A stretch of 28,509 nt of DNA from a virus (Duplodnaviria; Caudoviricetes): the IMG/VR virus record IMGVR_UViG_3300025296_001836, positions 1-28,509 of that record. One strand, 5' to 3'. Below are positions 25,638-28,509 of the stretch, piece after piece. The notes under the pieces are model-generated. The model saw only the letters and a list, made by a program, of their open reading frames with translations. It made no database searches and had not been told where the DNA came from. Numbering within the stretch: position 1 is the stretch's first letter; the number at the start of each line of letters is the position of its first letter. Both the position numbers and the translations under genes were made by a program.

Positions 25638-27278
25638 TTATCTACCTTGTAGTACTTCCTGAACTTCTCCAGGTAAGGCCTCAGGCCTAACTCCTGGTTC
25701 TGTAGTAGGTCTCTCGTTAGCCTGGCCAAACCCAGTGTCACTGGCCAATTGCGCCGCTCGGTCAAGAAGCTCAGCCATATCAGTATCTCGATTAGCTCGG
25801 GCCTCCTCGGCAGCCTGTGACAACTCGTGAATAGTGAATACTAGCTTGAAAGGTTCGCTTTCCAAAGCGTCTGCCGTCCGCAATCGTCCCATCTCGATCA
25901 TAGCGTTTTGGACTTCAGGGAATAGGTTATCGTATAGAGTTTCGGGAGATAGTCTGAAGTTAGGGTTAAGTACTCTAGCTGTTGATGCCCGCTGGATAAA
26001 GTCTCCAGGGATTTCTATAGAGTAGTTGAAGTCTAGAGTGACTTCCTCAGGTAAAGCAGGAAACGACTCTCTTCCCATATCCATACCCCAGACTCTCTGG
26101 TGCATGATGTTCCGGCTGCCCATTTCTCCTGTTATGTCTCTGACCGCGCCGTAGAAGGGGTCTAGCACTTGCTTACTAGCTGCAGTTACCTGGTTCATGA
26201 GGAAGCCTGATACCTGCTGCGTTATATTCCCAAAAGTGATGTCACTGAATAAACTCCGCTGCACTTGGTTACGTAGGTCAAACTGATGACCTCGGAACTC
26301 AGCTGGCAGAGGTGGAGGGTCTAGCGGGTAGATGTCTTCGCCAGGCTCGATAGTGAAGATCGCTCCACGTTCATAGATGTTCTCAGGTGTGACTACCCCG
26401 CCCTGCATAGTCCGTTCAACCCATCGAGGGTTAGCAGTATCACGGAGTAGCTGCTGGAGGTATGTCAGCATTTTGTTGTAGTTCTGCTGAATATCCATGA
26501 TAGGGGCTACGATACTATTACCGATCTCGGCTTTCCAGCTGTCATCTTGGAGTAGTCCCCCATCGTCTGGTAGTCCAGCACAAGGACCTACCAGTATAGG
26601 GAACTCTCTAAACGGCGTGAGGGTCTCAGGCTTGACCTCCTCAGTACCAATAGCTACTGCGTGAGTGATGCCGGTAGGTCTCCTCCGCCAAAGGTTATTC
26701 ACTGCCAAATTCTGAAAGTCGTTAAAGTGTAGACCTGAGCTTTTCCATCCCGACACTCGTACCTTCCATTCAGCTTCTTTCCCGCTTATAGTATATCTCC
26801 GACCTACCGCGATAAGCTCACCATCGCTGGAGTACTCCGGATATACCTGGGCAGGATTCCAGACTTCCATCCACCAGCGGTTACTGCTTATAGGATAACT
26901 CATAATGCTATACCAGCCGGTGGCTAGCATTAGCCCGATAAGCCTCCGCATGAAGGAGCCTTTAAGTGATACCCGCTTTTCCCGGATACCTAGGAGTAGC
27001 TGCCTATCAGCGTATTTCTCGACAGCTCCTACCCTTCGAGACTGGGTTTCAGTGAATCCTTCGGTATCTACACGGAATGACGAAGTCTTAGGCTGTAACA
27101 ACCACTTGGCCATATTGAACCCGGTGCGTGGGTCAGTGCTGATAACCGACTCCATTTTATCCTGCTTGAGAGTGTCCTCAAGCTGAATCATCTTGTACCA
27201 GGCTCGTAATGCTTTGTCTCTTGGAGACCAGAAGCTTACAAGCTTGCCAACTTCTGTTGCTATCTCTTGGTCAGCCAT
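25638..27278 (-). CDS. Portal protein
   Basis: 546 aa upstream of the head genes. GW..I, EVWNPAQVYP, FPILV, the stem helix QQNYNKMLT...TANP and FG....SGFLM are consistent with podophage-type portals. Confidence 0.8.
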   Translation of the reverse strand: MADQEIATEVGKLVSFWSPRDKALRAWYKMIQLEDTLKQDKMESVISTDPRTGFNMAKWLLQPKTSSFRVDTEGFTETQSRRVGAVEKYADRQLLLGIREKRVSLKGSFMRRLIGLMLATGWYSIMSYPISSNRWWMEVWNPAQVYPEYSSDGELIAVGRRYTISGKEAEWKVRVSGWKSSGLHFNDFQNLAVNNLWRRRPTGITHAVAIGTEEVKPETLTPFREFPILVGPCAGLPDDGGLLQDDSWKAEIGNSIVAPIMDIQQNYNKMLTYLQQLLRDTANPRWVERTMQGGVVTPENIYERGAIFTIEPGEDIYPLDPPPLPAEFRGHQFDLRNQVQRSLFSDITFGNITQQVSGFLMNQVTAASKQVLDPFYGAVRDITGEMGSRNIMHQRVWGMDMGRESFPALPEEVTLDFNYSIEIPGDFIQRASTARVLNPNFRLSPETLYDNLFPEVQNAMIEMGRLRTADALESEPFKLVFTIHELSQAAEEARANRDTDMAELLDRAAQLASDTGFGQANERPTTEPGVRPEALPGEVQEVLQGR

Positions 27279-27293
27279 TGTTATTACTCCAAA

Positions 27294-27470
27294 CTACTCC
27301 GACTCTAATACCTTAAAAGAGACACCTGCCAGGAATCCGAATATCCCGGTGATAACCGCTGTCACTACCTCTACCGCGCTCATCCTCATACCCACGACGA
27401 GCGCCACTACAGCAATCAGCGTGCCGCAGAGGATAGCAGCCATGATTTGCGGGCGAATGTTCGCTTTCAT
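27294..27470 (-). CDS. 58-aa two-TM membrane protein, holin-like (not in ORF track)
   Basis: SD AGGAG, then MKANIRPQIMAAILCGTLIAVVALVVGMRMSAVEVVTAVITGIFGFLAGVSFKVLESE-TAG. It fills the gap between the 319-aa gene and the portal gene. Confidence 0.85.
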   Translation of the reverse strand: MKANIRPQIMAAILCGTLIAVVALVVGMRMSAVEVVTAVITGIFGFLAGVSFKVLESE

Positions 27471-27479
27471 GGTCTCTCC

Positions 27480-28439
27480 TTACGGCGGACTGATTGTCAC
27501 CTCAACGTTGTCCACATTCCCGAAGATTTTGTAGACCGTGCTGGTCGCAATCACGAATTCCTTCGTAGCAAACCCGTTACCCAACCCCGTCTCATTCAGG
27601 AGCACGTCTATGGTCCCGGCCTTGATGCGCGAGAACTTGCACGGGCCGCCCTTTGTGAAGATGTTGGAGAGGGTGAAGATGTCGACCTTCCCGTTAACGC
27701 CAGAGGTGGGGGCCTGTATGCGTATCTGGTCGTAGGTTCCGCCCGATGTAATCATGGAGTCGGCACGATTCCCGCCTCCGACCGCCCTAGCACGAGGAGT
27801 CCCTGGTGTAGGGCCGATGCTCTGACCGTCCGAGGCATTGTACTTAATATTGAGCGTGTGCGCCTCAGTCTCGGACAAGTCAAAAGAGTCACAGCGAAAT
27901 CGGGTTATGATCAGGTGGGTAGTCTCAATGAAGGTCTCGGTGAAGCCCGCGCCAGCAGCGAGTCCGCCGACGAGCACCACGTCCGTCTGGCCGACCGGCA
28001 GGGTAGAGCCGGTGACCGCCGTGCCCACGGAAACGTTCTCAATAGTGAGTGCGCCTACTGGGGTACTGCCGAGGTCTACCCGGAGTGTGTTGTTCTCCTC
28101 CGAATAGAATATAGGCGCGTCGGAAGGTGCTTGATATACGCCAGAGTCCCCTCGCTGGAACGACGGCCCGTCTAACAGGGTTTCGTTTACGATCACTCCA
28201 CCGCCGACCGTGGTTCCCGCAAACAGCAGGCCAGCAGCCATCTGCGGAGAGAATCCCATAGCGCGTAGGAAAGAGTACGGGGACTTGCAGACGTTGAAGA
28301 TCGTTCGCCACTTCGCTGATTCAGCGTTGGCGTACTCGATCTTGGCGAGCAGCCAGTCACGTTTGTCCTGACCGTAGCGGTACCAGGAAAGGGGCCGGCG
28401 CTTTACCCATCCCCAACAACGACGGGGTATTGTCCTCAT
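27480..28439 (-). CDS. Membrane-anchored protein with a beta-rich C-domain
   Basis: 319 aa. Basic, Trp-rich N-terminus, hydrophobic Gly-rich helix MAAGLLFAGTTVGGGVIV, then a Thr/Gly/Ile-rich beta-solenoid-like region with two Cys. Confidence 0.8.
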   Translation of the reverse strand: MRTIPRRCWGWVKRRPLSWYRYGQDKRDWLLAKIEYANAESAKWRTIFNVCKSPYSFLRAMGFSPQMAAGLLFAGTTVGGGVIVNETLLDGPSFQRGDSGVYQAPSDAPIFYSEENNTLRVDLGSTPVGALTIENVSVGTAVTGSTLPVGQTDVVLVGGLAAGAGFTETFIETTHLIITRFRCDSFDLSETEAHTLNIKYNASDGQSIGPTPGTPRARAVGGGNRADSMITSGGTYDQIRIQAPTSGVNGKVDIFTLSNIFTKGGPCKFSRIKAGTIDVLLNETGLGNGFATKEFVIATSTVYKIFGNVDNVEVTISPP

Positions 28440-28509
28440 CCGCTTATCCTACAGACCACCGTGCCCACAACGATTCCGACGAGCAGCGTGGCCGTCAGCG
28501 CCGCTACGA
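28436..28509 (-). CDS. 3' end of a membrane protein (partial)
   Basis: Reads ...VAALTATLLVGIVVGTVVCRISG-TGA. The stop overlaps the next start as ATGA. Confidence 0.6.
   Translation of the reverse strand, partial: VAALTATLLVGIVVGTVVCRISG

Larger units (their letters stand above)
1..28509. mobile_element. Tailed dsDNA bacteriophage genome segment (replication block convergent with virion block)
   Basis: Densely packed, strand-coherent genes including portal-, scaffold-, capsid- and tail-like proteins plus PolA, Cas4-like nuclease and Sak4-like ATPase. No cellular housekeeping genes. No integrase or att site is visible, so free phage versus prophage cannot be decided. Confidence 0.96.

Noticed and set aside
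27447-28175. 242-aa + strand ORF and the other antisense or overlapping ORFs in the track
   Set aside because: These are shadow frames of better-supported genes on the operon strand. They lack SD sites and recognisable motifs.
1-28509. Stop-codon reassignment (TAG recoding), given the TAG-rich sequence
   Set aside because: Code 11 gives long intact ORFs at high density, and TAG stops are followed directly by SD sites and new starts.

Overview
The whole window is part of a tailed dsDNA bacteriophage genome (Caudoviricetes) with two convergent gene blocks meeting at about 8,630. The + strand (1-8,632) is a replication, recombination and nucleotide-metabolism block: SSB-like protein, Cas4-like PD-(D/E)XK exonuclease, Sak4-like P-loop ATPase, ERCC4/XPF-like nuclease, crenarchaeal-type dCTP deaminase/dUTPase, SPPY-type DNA methyltransferase, a compact family A DNA polymerase with altered motifs, and small Zn-finger proteins. 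The - strand (8,622-28,509) is a virion block: membrane proteins, portal, a 2,198-aa giant protein, scaffold, major capsid protein, decoration protein, small structural proteins, a tail/fibre protein and a 934-aa adaptor-like protein with a very long repeat insert. Terminase, primase/helicase, integrase, tape measure and endolysin were not recognised in the window. SD sites and a near-consensus sigma70 promoter indicate a bacterial host. A Chloroflexota (Dehalococcoidia/SAR202-like) host is my unverified recollection-based guess. Best leads: (1) a non-canonical tRNA-like RNA at 911-999 with an apparent compensatory elbow pair; (2) an adaptor-like protein carrying a 14-aa-periodic helical hairpin about 30 nm long; (3) a cluster of three membrane proteins, including an unlisted 58-aa holin-like gene, with no endolysin in view; (4) a giant protein with inserted zincin and GNAT-like domains. 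All calls come from reading motifs by eye; no database search was run.
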